Assembly (NCBI GenBank): GCA_022822785.1
Contig: JAJEAL010000117.1
Location: 4,747 to 68,746, forward strand
Reading direction: 5' to 3'
Length of the DNA stretch: 64,000 bases
DNA from: Candidatus Poribacteria bacterium
GTDB lineage: Bacteria > Poribacteria > WGA-4E > PCPOR2b
Every line of letters starts with the position of its first letter. Position 1 is the stretch's first letter. The translations under genes and the position numbers were made by a program. Shown here piece after piece: positions 10,312-20,932 of the stretch. Under the pieces are notes generated by a model. The model was not told where the DNA came from. It ran no database searches and saw nothing but the letters and a program-made list of their open reading frames with translations.

Positions 10312-11778
10312 ATGCCCGAAAAATTGATACTCGAAAAGATTCGCAGTGTACGTCGTCGTTTGGGCGTGCAAAGGATGTTTCAAACGTTAGCAAGATTTTT
10401 ATGCTACGGCTTACTGATATGCGTGCCGTTGTTTGTCGTCGATAGTTTCATTGCAACGTTTGATATTTCGCCCCTCACCCTACTATGGAGCGCGCTCGGT
10501 CTCTCCGCCATCGGGTTAATCGTGAGTCTGTTGCGCCCAATCAATCTCCACGAAGCCGCCCGGACAATTGACCTCAAAGTCTCCTTGAAAGATCGCGCTG
10601 TGAGTGGACTGGAGTTTATTCAGCGGCAGACCGATGAGATGTTGACAGCGTTACAACTCAAAGATACCTCTGACCGCCTGCAATCGGTAACCGCACAGGA
10701 GGTTGTGCGCTATTCCGTTCCACGCGAAACCAAGTTCATCGCTTTGATTGTGGCAGTGGCGTTGGCGTTCTCCTTCATTGAATTTTTCGATCCGCCCGAA
10801 GCACCGGCGACGGTTGACTTCTCCCCACAGATAGCCGCGGAAACCGATTACCTGTTAAAGCAGATTAAGGAATCCGAAAAGGCAGCCGAGGAGGTTGGGT
10901 TGGAAAATACACTACAGGAGATCGAAGAGAAGGCACTTGAACTCAAACGAAAAGGAATTACGCCGAAAGAAGCCCTCGCCAAGTTGACCGAAATGACTGA
11001 GATGTTATCGGCAAAGATGGATAAGGCAGGAGTTGCGAAGGTAGATGCACTTATGAAGGGGCTTGGAGAACAGTTTATTGCCAACCCCAACTTAAGCGAC
11101 TTCGGCTATGCTCTGAAGGAAGGGAAATACGAAAGGGCAGCAGAACGGCTGTATCGGTTGTCCAACAAACTCAGTGATCTCAATTCTGAGCAGCGTCAAA
11201 ACATTGCTGATGCGTTCCAACGGGGTGGTTCAAGTGTGCAGGGAACGGAGATAGGGGGTTTCGGAAACCAATTGACCAAAGCCTCAACCGCGTTAGCACA
11301 AAATAATTTAAAGGAAGCCGAAAAATCTCTCCAGGATGGATGTGAGAATTTATTAGCCTGTGCACTTGCGAAGGAACGTGACGGGCTGCTGGCAAAGCTA
11401 CATTCCCAATGCCAAGCTTGCAAAACAGGGATCGGTAAGGCGTGCAACGGCGGTGGTAGTTCAGGCAACGGCATAGGTGCCGGAACAGATTCCAATCCAT
11501 ACGGTGTTTTGACCAATCTTGATTCTTTCCGTCACTTGGAACAGATTACGGGTGTGCAGGGTGCCGGGGAGTCCACCGTTGAGACCACAGAAGTGCCTAT
11601 TGATGGAAATCCTGAAACCTCCACCGATGGACGAAGCGCGGAAGACAGTTATAAAGAGGTCTATACTAAATATCACAAGCTCTCTGAGGACGCACTTTCT
11701 CAAGAACAGATTCCGTTGGGTTACAGATTCTACGTGAAGCGATATTTTGAATCTATCAAACCGAATGATGAGAAATAG
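10312..11778 (+). CDS. Membrane-anchored coiled-coil protein of MoxR/VWA operons (DUF4175-like)
   Basis: N-terminal TM helices, long helical region, Gly-rich linker, C-terminal 'IPLGYRFYVKRYFESI' typical of these operon proteins. Confidence 0.7.
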   Translation: MPEKLILEKIRSVRRRLGVQRMFQTLARFLCYGLLICVPLFVVDSFIATFDISPLTLLWSALGLSAIGLIVSLLRPINLHEAARTIDLKVSLKDRAVSGLEFIQRQTDEMLTALQLKDTSDRLQSVTAQEVVRYSVPRETKFIALIVAVALAFSFIEFFDPPEAPATVDFSPQIAAETDYLLKQIKESEKAAEEVGLENTLQEIEEKALELKRKGITPKEALAKLTEMTEMLSAKMDKAGVAKVDALMKGLGEQFIANPNLSDFGYALKEGKYERAAERLYRLSNKLSDLNSEQRQNIADAFQRGGSSVQGTEIGGFGNQLTKASTALAQNNLKEAEKSLQDGCENLLACALAKERDGLLAKLHSQCQACKTGIGKACNGGGSSGNGIGAGTDSNPYGVLTNLDSFRHLEQITGVQGAGESTVETTEVPIDGNPETSTDGRSAEDSYKEVYTKYHKLSEDALSQEQIPLGYRFYVKRYFESIKPNDEK

Positions 11779-11842
11779 GAGGCGTGAAACGCAAAACGGT
11801 GCGTGTGAGATGATTTCATTGTTTTTGCGTTTTACGGGTCAA

Positions 11843-12856
11843 ATGGCACCAGATCAACCCCAATTTCATCCGGATTCAGAGCAACTTGAGGGGCAATACG
11901 AGGGATTTCGCGACACTTTTAATCGTATCCAGCGCGAGGTCTCAAAGCAGATTGTTGGACAGCAGGAGATTATTGAGGGTGTCCTAATTTGCTTGATGAC
12001 GGGCGGACACGCACTTTTAGAGGGCGTCCCCGGTCTGGGGAAAACATTGCTGATTCGGACGCTTCACGAAGTGCTCGATCTGGGGTTTTCCCGAATACAG
12101 TTCACGCCGGATCTGATGCCCGCAGACATCATCGGTACCAACGTCGTTGCCGAAGATGAAAGTGGTCGCAAGTTCTTTGAATTCCAGCAGGGACCTGTGT
12201 TTGCGAATCTGATTCTCGCCGATGAGATTAACCGTGCGACGCCCAAAACACAGTCGGCACTGCTTGAAGCCATGCAGGAAAAATCTGTGACGGTTGCAGG
12301 TGCACATCACGAATTACAGCGTCCGTTCTTCGTCATGGCGACGCAAAATCCACTGGAGATGGAGGGCACCTATCCGCTCCCCGAAGCACAACTGGATAGA
12401 TTCTTCTTCAAGCTCAAGGTCGAATATCCGAGCCTTGACGAACTGGACCTTGTTATGGAGCGCACAACGAAGCGAGAGATGCCCCTCGTTGAAAAGGTTT
12501 GTGACGGTGAACAGATTAACGGATTAGAGGAGATTGCGCGTGATATTCTCATCGCAGAAGAGGTCCGCAGATATGCTCTCCGCATTGTGTTAGGCACACA
12601 TCCCGAATCGGAGGACGCGCCGGAACTCACGAAAAAGTATGTCCGCTACGGTTCAAGTCCCCGTGGTGCCCAAGCGTTGATCCTCGCATCGAAGGTCAAA
12701 GCCATTCTAGATGGGCGTTACAATGTCGCACGGGCGGATATTCAAGCGGTCGCTCTTCCGAGTCTACGCCATCGGCTCATCCTCAGTTTTGAAGGCGAGG
12801 CAGAGGGGGTTGACCCTGATCAGATTATTGAGCATCTACTGGAGGTTACGGTATGA
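11843..12856 (+). CDS. moxR: MoxR family AAA+ ATPase
   Basis: Walker A EGVPGLGKT, RIQFTPDLMPAD, Walker B LADEINRA, ATQNPLEMEGTYPLPEAQLDRF; start chosen at ATG 11843 (ORF open from 11747). Confidence 0.95.
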   Translation: MAPDQPQFHPDSEQLEGQYEGFRDTFNRIQREVSKQIVGQQEIIEGVLICLMTGGHALLEGVPGLGKTLLIRTLHEVLDLGFSRIQFTPDLMPADIIGTNVVAEDESGRKFFEFQQGPVFANLILADEINRATPKTQSALLEAMQEKSVTVAGAHHELQRPFFVMATQNPLEMEGTYPLPEAQLDRFFFKLKVEYPSLDELDLVMERTTKREMPLVEKVCDGEQINGLEEIARDILIAEEVRRYALRIVLGTHPESEDAPELTKKYVRYGSSPRGAQALILASKVKAILDGRYNVARADIQAVALPSLRHRLILSFEGEAEGVDPDQIIEHLLEVTV

Positions 12857-12901
12857 GCTACTACATTATCCCGTTGCAGGCATCGTGAAAAACACTCAAT
12901 C

Positions 12902-12979
12902 CATCTCAGTCTCAACTTTGAAGGTGGGGTAGAAAGAATTGCCCTAGATCAAATTATTCGGCATCTGCTAGAGGTTGTT
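12902..12979 (+). pseudogene. Degenerate duplicate of the moxR 3' end
   Basis: Translates HLSLNFEGGVERIALDQIIRHLLEVV versus MoxR C-terminus RLILSFEGEAEGVDPDQIIEHLLEVTV (12773-12853). Confidence 0.75.
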
Positions 12980-13014
12980 TGGTCGGAATATATCATCAAT
13001 TGGAAGGGAAAGAT

Positions 13015-13482
13015 ATGAAACGGTTCTGTCTTATTCTAACCCTATGTGGTCTATGGGGCATCCTCCTCACAGCTGTGTTTGCCCAAGTCCCGAGAACGGG
13101 AACAGTTCGTGGTAATATTGTTGATACCTCAGAGGCACAACTCCCGATTGAAGGAGTCTTGGTTGTTATGGTCGATGCTAGCGGTTCCGAGCATGAAACA
13201 CTGACGGATAACAATGGTGATTACAAGATAAGTGGATTGACCCCGGGCCGTTACCTGCTTAGTATTTACAGGGCTGGATACGGTGACCGCACTGGCAAAC
13301 GGGTCACAGTTGTTGCCGGCGGAGACCACTACGTGCTGATGAAAATGACCAAAAAGGCAGGGCTGATTGACCTATTGCCAGAGGAATTTGACTCTTCGCC
13401 TTGGCTGTTCCTTCTCTGTTTGGGAGGTGCTTTTGTTCTAGGTTATCTCATTGGTCGAACCAGTCGCCGTTCAGACCACTAA
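13015..13482 (+). CDS. Secreted/membrane-anchored carboxypeptidase-regulatory-like (beta-sandwich) domain protein
   Basis: Signal peptide; GTVRGNIVD...PIEGVLV...TDNNGDYKISGLTPGRYLLSI; C-terminal TM helix. Confidence 0.8.
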   Translation: MKRFCLILTLCGLWGILLTAVFAQVPRTGTVRGNIVDTSEAQLPIEGVLVVMVDASGSEHETLTDNNGDYKISGLTPGRYLLSIYRAGYGDRTGKRVTVVAGGDHYVLMKMTKKAGLIDLLPEEFDSSPWLFLLCLGGAFVLGYLIGRTSRRSDH

Positions 13483-13519
13483 AGACTGCACAGCTAACTT
13501 GCCGCTGGAGTTTCCTGCC

Positions 13520-14416
13520 ATGAACAACGCTCAATCTACCCAATCTGCCTTCGATGGCGAGTTCCTAAAAAAGTTGGAATACCTTTATATCGTTTCCAAG
13601 AAGATTTTTGCGGGACGGATCAAGGCGGAGCGACGCAGTACGCGGCGCGGTGTCAGTGTCGAGTTCGCTGATTACCGTAACTACACCGCCGGAGACGATT
13701 TTCGCTATATCGACTGGAACGCCTTCGCCCGCTTAGACGAGCTTTTGCTGAAACTTTATGAGGAGCGGGAAGACCTGCACATCTACTTTCTCCTTGATGC
13801 TAGCCAATCGATGACCTACGGTGAACCGCAGAAGTTACTCTACGCCAAGCGCGTGGCTGCAGCACTTGCCTATATCAGCCTGTCCAACTTAGACCGTGTT
13901 AGTATCACCGCTTTCACGGATCGAGATCTGAATCGGTTACCGACTGAGCGTGGAAAGGGAAAAATCTTCACGGTGCTTGATTTTCTGGATCGGATTGATG
14001 GGGCAGGCGAGACCGATTTGGAAAACGCCTTCCGCAATTTTGTGCATACAACGAAACGGCGTGGGTTAATTGTGCTAATCTCCGATCTCTTTGATCCGCG
14101 CGGGTTTACAGATGGCCTCAACGTGTTGCAGTTCCAGAAGCATGACCTGTTCGTGGTGCACATCATTGACGACAAAGAAGCAGCGCCCAATTTGCGGGGC
14201 GATTACCATCTCGTTGATGTTGAGACAGATCAGCTCCGTCCAGTAACCATCAATGAAAATCATCTCAAACGCTACAAGGCGTTGTTCCAACAGTATTGCG
14301 ATGATCTCAGGCGATACTGCGTTCAGCGCGAAATCGGTTTCATTCGGACAAGCCCCCAATTGCCCTTTGATGAACTGATCCTACGCATCTTTCGGATGGG
14401 TGGATTTGTATCATGA
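13520..14416 (+). CDS. DUF58 family protein (MoxR-associated, VWA-like)
   Basis: GVSVEFADYRNYTAGDDFRYIDWN, LLDASQSM, LISDL; downstream of moxR. Confidence 0.93.
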   Translation: MNNAQSTQSAFDGEFLKKLEYLYIVSKKIFAGRIKAERRSTRRGVSVEFADYRNYTAGDDFRYIDWNAFARLDELLLKLYEEREDLHIYFLLDASQSMTYGEPQKLLYAKRVAAALAYISLSNLDRVSITAFTDRDLNRLPTERGKGKIFTVLDFLDRIDGAGETDLENAFRNFVHTTKRRGLIVLISDLFDPRGFTDGLNVLQFQKHDLFVVHIIDDKEAAPNLRGDYHLVDVETDQLRPVTINENHLKRYKALFQQYCDDLRRYCVQREIGFIRTSPQLPFDELILRIFRMGGFVS

Positions 14417-14425
14417 CAAAACGCT

Positions 14426-16300
14426 ATGAACTTCCTATCGCCGACTGCATTCTTGCTATTCGGGCTCGCGGCACCAATTGTGATGCTCTATATCCTCAAA
14501 TTACGCCGTCGCCGCGAACCGGTGTCCACCTTACTGTTTTGGGAACAGATCTTCAGAGAGAAGCAGACAACCTCGCTGTTTCAAAAACTGAAGCAGCTGT
14601 TGTCCCTTCTCCTGCAGCTGCTATTCCTTGCGCTTTTAGTCCTCGCGCTTGCCCGACCACAATTTGCGTTCATGACCAAGTCGGCACGACAGATTATCCT
14701 GATTATTGATCGTTCAGCGAGCATGAACGCCGCTGATGACACGCTCTCGCGTTTGGAATCAGCCAAGCAGCAGGCATTACACATGGTCGATAATCTCCGC
14801 TTTATCGACGAGATGATGGTAGTCAGCTGCCACACCCAACCTGTAATCCATAGCCCTTTCACCAATCATCAGAAATCGCTACGTAGTGCGATTGAATCAA
14901 TTAGTCCCACAGATGTAAAAACAGACCTCCAGCCGGCGTTGGCTGTCGCCCATTCTGTGGCACAGACGAAGCCTAACCCAGAAATTGTTGTTTTCAGCGA
15001 TTTTCATCAGGTTCCAGATGCGCTTCTCAGACAGCAGGAAAGCGTTCAGCCACATTTCTCGGATGCGAAGGTTCATCTGGTACCAGTTAATCTCGGCGTG
15101 GCAGACAACGTCGGCATCACACAGTTTCGGGTGCGGAAGAGTCTAGTCAACGCCTTTGATTACCAAACCTTGTTGACGGTTATCAATGCGTCAATCGAGG
15201 AAAAATCCTTCAACGTGGAACTTTATCTCAACGACGCTATTCTGGATGTCCGTCCTTACACCCTCGCGCCCGGTGAGAGCAAATCCGAACTCTTTACCAA
15301 CTTTACGATGGAGGGTGGTAGGCTAAAAGCTGCCTTGGATGTCGAAGATGCGCTATCTACCGATAACGTTGCTTACGCTGCGCTACCAAAGCGCGAACAA
15401 ATTCCTGTTTTACTTGTCACCCCGGACAACCCATTCCTCGAAAATGCGCTCGCCGTTGATGAAAAAGTGGATCTGACCGTCGTTGCCCCGGACCAATACG
15501 AACCCGGTGTGATGGACTATACAGTTATCATTTTTGACCGTTATAACCCATCGACACTCGGTGATGGCAACTATATGTTTATCTATCCTCCGAAAACAGG
15601 GGCGATTTGGCAGATTGGCGAATCACTAGAAACCCCAATCATCACAGAGTGGGAACGTGACCATCCCATTCTACGCCACGTTCATCTGGATAATGTCCAG
15701 ATAACCGAAGCGTATCAGGTCCGCGTCCCGGCTACAGCGAGCGTGCTTGTCCGTTCATTTGGAGATCCATTGCTCATTGTTGAGGAGGGTCAGAATCGAA
15801 GAATCGTTTTTATTGCCACCGACACCCTGAAATCGGACCTGCCCTTGCGAATCGCTTTTCCGCTGATTGTTGCGAATACGATTCAGTGGTTTCAAGGGAA
15901 ATCGGAGATTGAAGAATATCACCTTCAGACAGGGGAGGTTTTGAAAAAGTGGATCGACGAAGCCGCCACAGTAGAAAGCGTGACGGTTGTGGGACCGGTG
16001 GGTGAGTCGTGGGAAATTCCTGTTGAAAAGGGTGAATTGCTCTTTGATGAAACCTCAACGGTGGGGTTTTATGAGCTAAAAATTGGTGAAAATGAAGAGG
16101 TCTGGGCGGTCAATTTAACCGATTTAGCAGAATCACAAATCCACACGGCTGAAGGAGTGGCGGATCTATTGGAGGAAGAAGAGCTCGTATTAAGTAGTTC
16201 TGCGCTCTTGAATTATCCGCCGTGGGTTTATCTAATTTTGCTCGCGGTTCTGTTAAGTGCCGTCGAATGGTTTCTCTATCAACGGAGGCGAATTGACTAA
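14426..16300 (+). CDS. BatA N-terminal + VWA domain membrane protein
   Basis: MNFLSP...LYILKLRRRREPVSTL...LALARP (BatA); MIDAS IIDRSASM; C-terminal TM ...VEWFLYQRR. Confidence 0.9.
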   Translation: MNFLSPTAFLLFGLAAPIVMLYILKLRRRREPVSTLLFWEQIFREKQTTSLFQKLKQLLSLLLQLLFLALLVLALARPQFAFMTKSARQIILIIDRSASMNAADDTLSRLESAKQQALHMVDNLRFIDEMMVVSCHTQPVIHSPFTNHQKSLRSAIESISPTDVKTDLQPALAVAHSVAQTKPNPEIVVFSDFHQVPDALLRQQESVQPHFSDAKVHLVPVNLGVADNVGITQFRVRKSLVNAFDYQTLLTVINASIEEKSFNVELYLNDAILDVRPYTLAPGESKSELFTNFTMEGGRLKAALDVEDALSTDNVAYAALPKREQIPVLLVTPDNPFLENALAVDEKVDLTVVAPDQYEPGVMDYTVIIFDRYNPSTLGDGNYMFIYPPKTGAIWQIGESLETPIITEWERDHPILRHVHLDNVQITEAYQVRVPATASVLVRSFGDPLLIVEEGQNRRIVFIATDTLKSDLPLRIAFPLIVANTIQWFQGKSEIEEYHLQTGEVLKKWIDEAATVESVTVVGPVGESWEIPVEKGELLFDETSTVGFYELKIGENEEVWAVNLTDLAESQIHTAEGVADLLEEEELVLSSSALLNYPPWVYLILLAVLLSAVEWFLYQRRRID

Positions 16301-16301
16301 T

Positions 16302-18878
16302 ATGGAAATTGCTCGTCCCTTCGCACTTTTGCTACTTTTGCTGATACCTTTCCTTTATTATGGTCATCGTCGAAGCCTCGTTGATTTATCGCTGCCGCAA
16401 CGCATCGTCAGCCTGATTCTACGAGCCCTCATTATCGTTCTGCTCATTTGCAGCCTTGCCGGAATTCAATATCTGACGTCCGGTGGAAAATTGGCGGTGA
16501 TTTTCCTTGCGGATATTTCTGATAGTATCTCAGAAGAGGGATTAAAGGAGGCACAGGGTTATATTGATGAAGCGATAGATAGCCTAAGCGATCAGCAAGT
16601 AGGTGTGATGGCTTTCACAAATGAGACGCAAGTGATTCAAGAGCTCCAGTCGAAATCCGATGAGACATTAGATCTTACCGAAATCAAAGGGTATTGGCTC
16701 GATGAGAACGAAAAAGCAGGGGCTGCCACAAACATCGCTCAAGCAATTGAGACAGCATGGGGTATTTTTCCTGCAAATGTCAACAAGCGGATTGTGCTTA
16801 TCAGCGATGGCGTTGAGACACGTGGTGATGTGCTTCGTGCCGGATTGCGCGGAAAAGCTTTTGGTGTACAGATTGACACCGTGCCTATCTACCCCAGCGA
16901 TGCCCCCGAAGTCATGATTGAGCGCATTGATGCGCCGATGCAGGTCAAACAGGGAGAACCGTTTCATTTGGAGGTCTTTGTCCACAGCAATCGCGAGGAT
17001 TTCGCCGAGGTGCGACTGCACAAAAACAAATTTGAGGTGGCAAAGCAGACTGTCCGATTAGAGGTGGGTGAAAATCGTATCCGTTTCTCTCAGACTGCGA
17101 CCGAGAGTGGGATGCTGACGTACGATGCGATTTGTGCGGCAATTCAGGACACCCGTTATGACAACAACCACGCTCTGGGTATTGTTGTTGCGTCTGGTAA
17201 GCCCAAGGTGCTTCTGATTGACGAGAACGAGTCACAAGCCCGCTATCTGGCGCGTGTCCTTGAGGACGCAGAGATTCAGGTGAATGTCCGAAACGGCTTG
17301 GGGGTGCCCAGCGAGTTATCCGACCTACAGAACTACGATTTGGTCGTTTTCAGTGATGTTCCTGCCAACCGTCTAAACCAGAAGCAGATGGAATTGATTC
17401 GCACCTACGTCCAAGATCTCGGGGGCGGATTCATGATGCTGGGAAGTGAAAACAGCTTTGGACTCGGTGGGTACTACAAAACTCCAATTGAGGAGATTCT
17501 GCCTGTCCGCACGGATACGGAGAAAAAGAAGGAGACGCCGAGCATTGCGATGGTACTGGTAATCGACAAGTCGGGAAGTATGGACGGTATAAAAATTGAA
17601 CTGGCGAAAGAAGCAGCGCGTGCAACAATTGAGCTACTCGGCCGACGCGATAAAATCGGTGTCATCGCCTTTGACGGCTCGCCACACTGGATTACGGAAA
17701 TATACACCGCTTCTGACAAACTCTACGTCTCCGATCGGGTCGGGTCGCTCAAAGCAGGTGGTGGTACAAATCTTTATCCGGCACTCCAGCAAGCATATCT
17801 TGCTCTAACTGAGACCACTGCGAAACTCAAGCATGTCATTGTTCTAAGCGACGGTCAGTCACAGCCGGGCGATTGGTACGGCATCGTCAATTCGATGCGT
17901 GCCGAACGGATGACTGTTTCCGCCGTTGGTATCGGCAGCGGTGCGGACATGAATCTGCTGTCGAACATCGCCAATTGGGGCGGAGGGCGCGCCTATTTCA
18001 CACAGGACCCTTATAATATCCCGCAAATCTTTGCTAAAGAAACCGTTACCGCCTCCAAATCCGCTATCATTGATGAGCCGTTTATCCCGCAGATTATTAA
18101 ACTCACACAAGTCTTGCAGGGGATCGACCTTGAACTGGCGCCTTTTCTGCTTGGCTATATCTCGACCCAGCCAAAGCCGACCGCCGAGGTCTTTCTGGTT
18201 TCAGATCGCGGCGATCCGCTGTTAGCAAGTTGGCAGTACGGCTTAGGTAAATCCGTCGCCTTTACTTCGGACGCCAAAGCACGATGGGCAGCGGATTGGT
18301 TGGAATGGGCGGGCTTTGGCAAGTTTTGGACGCAGTTGGTACGCGACACGATGCGCAAGTCAACAGTCAGCAACTTTCAGGCCCGCATTGAACGGGAGAA
18401 GGGCACCGCCCATCTCACCATTGATGCCCTGAACGAAGCTGGGGATTTTCTGAACAACCTCGAAAGCGATATCTCCCTGATTCCGCCGAATCTAAAAAAG
18501 CAGCAACTTAACATCACACAGATGGCGCCGGGCAAATATGAAATTGATTTTGCCGTTGACGAGATGGGCCCATATTTCGTCAACATCATGCAGAAACAAC
18601 ACGGCAAATCGGTCAACACACAGGTCACCGGCACCGTCGTTTCCTACCCTGATGAATACCTTGTCCATCGCGCCAACGAAACCCTCCTGAAGCAACTCGC
18701 GTCTACCTCCGGTGGCAAGTTCGCGCCCTCGCCACAAGACGCGCTTCGTGCACCGGAGCAGCCGGTTGTCCGGCGCATTCATCTGTGGCGACCGCTGCTT
18801 ATCATCGCTGCGTTTCTGCTGTTAGCCGACATCGCATTGCGCCGAATAGATCTGATGAGAGAAAGACGGACGGATTGA
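16302..18878 (+). CDS. Double-VWA + glutamine-amidotransferase-like domain membrane protein
   Basis: MIDAS motifs DISDS and DKSGSM, LSDG; GGGFMMLGSENSFGLGGYYKTPIEEILPV; N- and C-terminal TM helices. Confidence 0.9.
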   Translation: MEIARPFALLLLLLIPFLYYGHRRSLVDLSLPQRIVSLILRALIIVLLICSLAGIQYLTSGGKLAVIFLADISDSISEEGLKEAQGYIDEAIDSLSDQQVGVMAFTNETQVIQELQSKSDETLDLTEIKGYWLDENEKAGAATNIAQAIETAWGIFPANVNKRIVLISDGVETRGDVLRAGLRGKAFGVQIDTVPIYPSDAPEVMIERIDAPMQVKQGEPFHLEVFVHSNREDFAEVRLHKNKFEVAKQTVRLEVGENRIRFSQTATESGMLTYDAICAAIQDTRYDNNHALGIVVASGKPKVLLIDENESQARYLARVLEDAEIQVNVRNGLGVPSELSDLQNYDLVVFSDVPANRLNQKQMELIRTYVQDLGGGFMMLGSENSFGLGGYYKTPIEEILPVRTDTEKKKETPSIAMVLVIDKSGSMDGIKIELAKEAARATIELLGRRDKIGVIAFDGSPHWITEIYTASDKLYVSDRVGSLKAGGGTNLYPALQQAYLALTETTAKLKHVIVLSDGQSQPGDWYGIVNSMRAERMTVSAVGIGSGADMNLLSNIANWGGGRAYFTQDPYNIPQIFAKETVTASKSAIIDEPFIPQIIKLTQVLQGIDLELAPFLLGYISTQPKPTAEVFLVSDRGDPLLASWQYGLGKSVAFTSDAKARWAADWLEWAGFGKFWTQLVRDTMRKSTVSNFQARIEREKGTAHLTIDALNEAGDFLNNLESDISLIPPNLKKQQLNITQMAPGKYEIDFAVDEMGPYFVNIMQKQHGKSVNTQVTGTVVSYPDEYLVHRANETLLKQLASTSGGKFAPSPQDALRAPEQPVVRRIHLWRPLLIIAAFLLLADIALRRIDLMRERRTD

Positions 18879-18970
18879 ACCGCTTAATGGCGAATCATGT
18901 GTGGGAGCTTATTGCTGCACAGGTTCTGAGCGAATAGTTATTGTGAGAATTTATCAGCATTCATAGGAGG

Positions 18971-20050
18971 ATGGATACTATGCAAGACACCACGTGGGCA
19001 AGTGTGAACGAAAGCGACTACGCAATCAAAGTCGAAACCGACAAACTCGAAGCGGTCATCCCTAAGAAAGACCCTAAACATTGGATGACTGGGATCGAAA
19101 AGGGATCGTTTCTCGACAAAGCCACCGGTTTCCGAGAAATCGGTGATGGCTTGATGGTTATTGATTGGCTGATGGAGGCGGGCAGCGACGAAGGCTACGG
19201 CGATCAGATAATTGCCCCGGACGGGCACGGTGTCGGCAGATACTCTTGGTATGAAAACGAGACGGAACCGGACCGGCAGTACTCCACACGCATGTCTCAC
19301 GGCAGCAGCCATCGTAAGCGCTTGGTTGAAGGTCCGCAACTCTGCCATAGAATGAAACCGGTGCAGCCGGAGGTCATCCACGGCGCAGATTTTATAGCGG
19401 TTACAACCACGTATCAGTACGAATACGCCGCTCCCGGGCGCAAAGCCGGCTCGCGGTGGACACAGCAGATTGTATTCCCCAAAGGCGAACGGTTCTTCGT
19501 GCTAATGGACAAAATTGACAGCGTCAACGATTCGCCGGAGATGTTCCTCCGCAACGACACGCCGGGCTGTATCCGTCATGAAAAGGGCGATACGTTCAGC
19601 GAGGTTTATCTCAGCTATCTGAGCGGTCCCAACGGGGTGCGTATACCGTCCAGTGAATTCTTCACGCCGTTCCCACCGGACCTGAAATTCGGCTATCGCC
19701 GCGACCTGAACAGAACCCCGGAACATTTTATCCGTGCATACCATTTGCGCGACAAAGAGACGGGTGAAGATGGTCCTTGGCTGGCAGGTCTGACGCTTGA
19801 ACCATCTGTAGTCTATGAGGCGTGGTGCAGCCAACGGCCCGGGGGCATCATTGTTATGATCGAAGAGATCCACGGGAAACCTGTGAAGGCGGGGGACTCC
19901 TTCAGTGCCGCCCACATTGTGGGTTATTTCGACACGATCGAGGAGATGCACACAGTATATGACCGTCATAAGGGGCACACGGCATTGGTTGCTGACGCAT
20001 CGGGTTGGCGGTTGATAAACGCAGCAAGTCAGTTAGCTACCTGTCCATAA
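18971..20050 (+). CDS. Conserved hypothetical protein
   Basis: 359-aa ORF with strong RBS (aggagg); no family recognised. Confidence 0.7.
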   Translation: MDTMQDTTWASVNESDYAIKVETDKLEAVIPKKDPKHWMTGIEKGSFLDKATGFREIGDGLMVIDWLMEAGSDEGYGDQIIAPDGHGVGRYSWYENETEPDRQYSTRMSHGSSHRKRLVEGPQLCHRMKPVQPEVIHGADFIAVTTTYQYEYAAPGRKAGSRWTQQIVFPKGERFFVLMDKIDSVNDSPEMFLRNDTPGCIRHEKGDTFSEVYLSYLSGPNGVRIPSSEFFTPFPPDLKFGYRRDLNRTPEHFIRAYHLRDKETGEDGPWLAGLTLEPSVVYEAWCSQRPGGIIVMIEEIHGKPVKAGDSFSAAHIVGYFDTIEEMHTVYDRHKGHTALVADASGWRLINAASQLATCP

Positions 20051-20059
20051 AGCTTGATT

Positions 20060-20932
20060 TTATTTATTATGTGCCGACATCACCCGTCGAGCAAGATCTT
20101 GCGCTTTATGCCGATCTCCCGCCGGTGTTGAAGCTAGACGCGCGAACATCCACAGCCAAACGCGTTCCCGATCCACACCGAGTAGGTCTGCAAATCTGTT
20201 AATTGTAGTCTTTGGTTTTGAGCGCAATCGTTCCCTACAATTGAGCAGGTGCTGGATCGCATCGTAAGCTGGATCGCCGTAAAACGGCTTGGGATCAATA
20301 ACAAGCCACGGTTGGCGTCCCGCTCGAAGCACATTCCCCGCGTGCAAATCCGTTGCTAGCAATACATCACGTGGCGCATCCTTTAGCAGCTCTTCAAGAA
20401 TTTGCACCCCCTCCTTAGCCAATCCCGGATCGGGCCAACGATCTGCCTGTTCTAGGGACTCCTTGGTCCACCATGCAATCATTTCTGACAGTGGCCGAAA
20501 CGGATGTATCTCAGGTAGCGTCTGCCACAATCTTCTCAACAGTTTGGCAATAACCTGATCCTGTTCATTTTCAGGTTGCTCTCGTAGCGTGGTGCCCGGT
20601 TCACACCGTTCAAGCAGCATCGCGTTCAGGTCAAGGTCTGCCTCTAAGACGAAAACGGTTGGATCACCGTCCCAGAACAGTAAACCCTCAATTTCGTTTT
20701 CTGCCTCCATATGCGGCAAACCAATCTTTAGCACAGCGGGTGTGCCATCTCGTCGGACACATGGTGCGACCCAAGAACAGCTCGCTTCTTCTTCAAAGGG
20801 CGGGCTAAGGTTCAATGACCACCGCTCCTTGAGATCTGTGATGGCTTTGGGTAGCTGTGCTAGCCAAGCAGCCCCCTCAACGGTTTGGCGGCAATTGGTG
20901 GCGACCTGTTCAGGGATATGAATATCGTACAT
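20060..20932 (-). CDS. Aminoglycoside/hydroxyurea resistance kinase (APH(6)/streptomycin 6-kinase-like)
   Basis: AVLKIG, MLLERCEPG, DLHAGNVL, WLVIDPKPFYGDPAYD; start could extend to 20974. Confidence 0.88.
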   Translation of the reverse strand: MYDIHIPEQVATNCRQTVEGAAWLAQLPKAITDLKERWSLNLSPPFEEEASCSWVAPCVRRDGTPAVLKIGLPHMEAENEIEGLLFWDGDPTVFVLEADLDLNAMLLERCEPGTTLREQPENEQDQVIAKLLRRLWQTLPEIHPFRPLSEMIAWWTKESLEQADRWPDPGLAKEGVQILEELLKDAPRDVLLATDLHAGNVLRAGRQPWLVIDPKPFYGDPAYDAIQHLLNCRERLRSKPKTTINRFADLLGVDRERVWLWMFARLASTPAGDRHKAQDLARRVMSAHNK

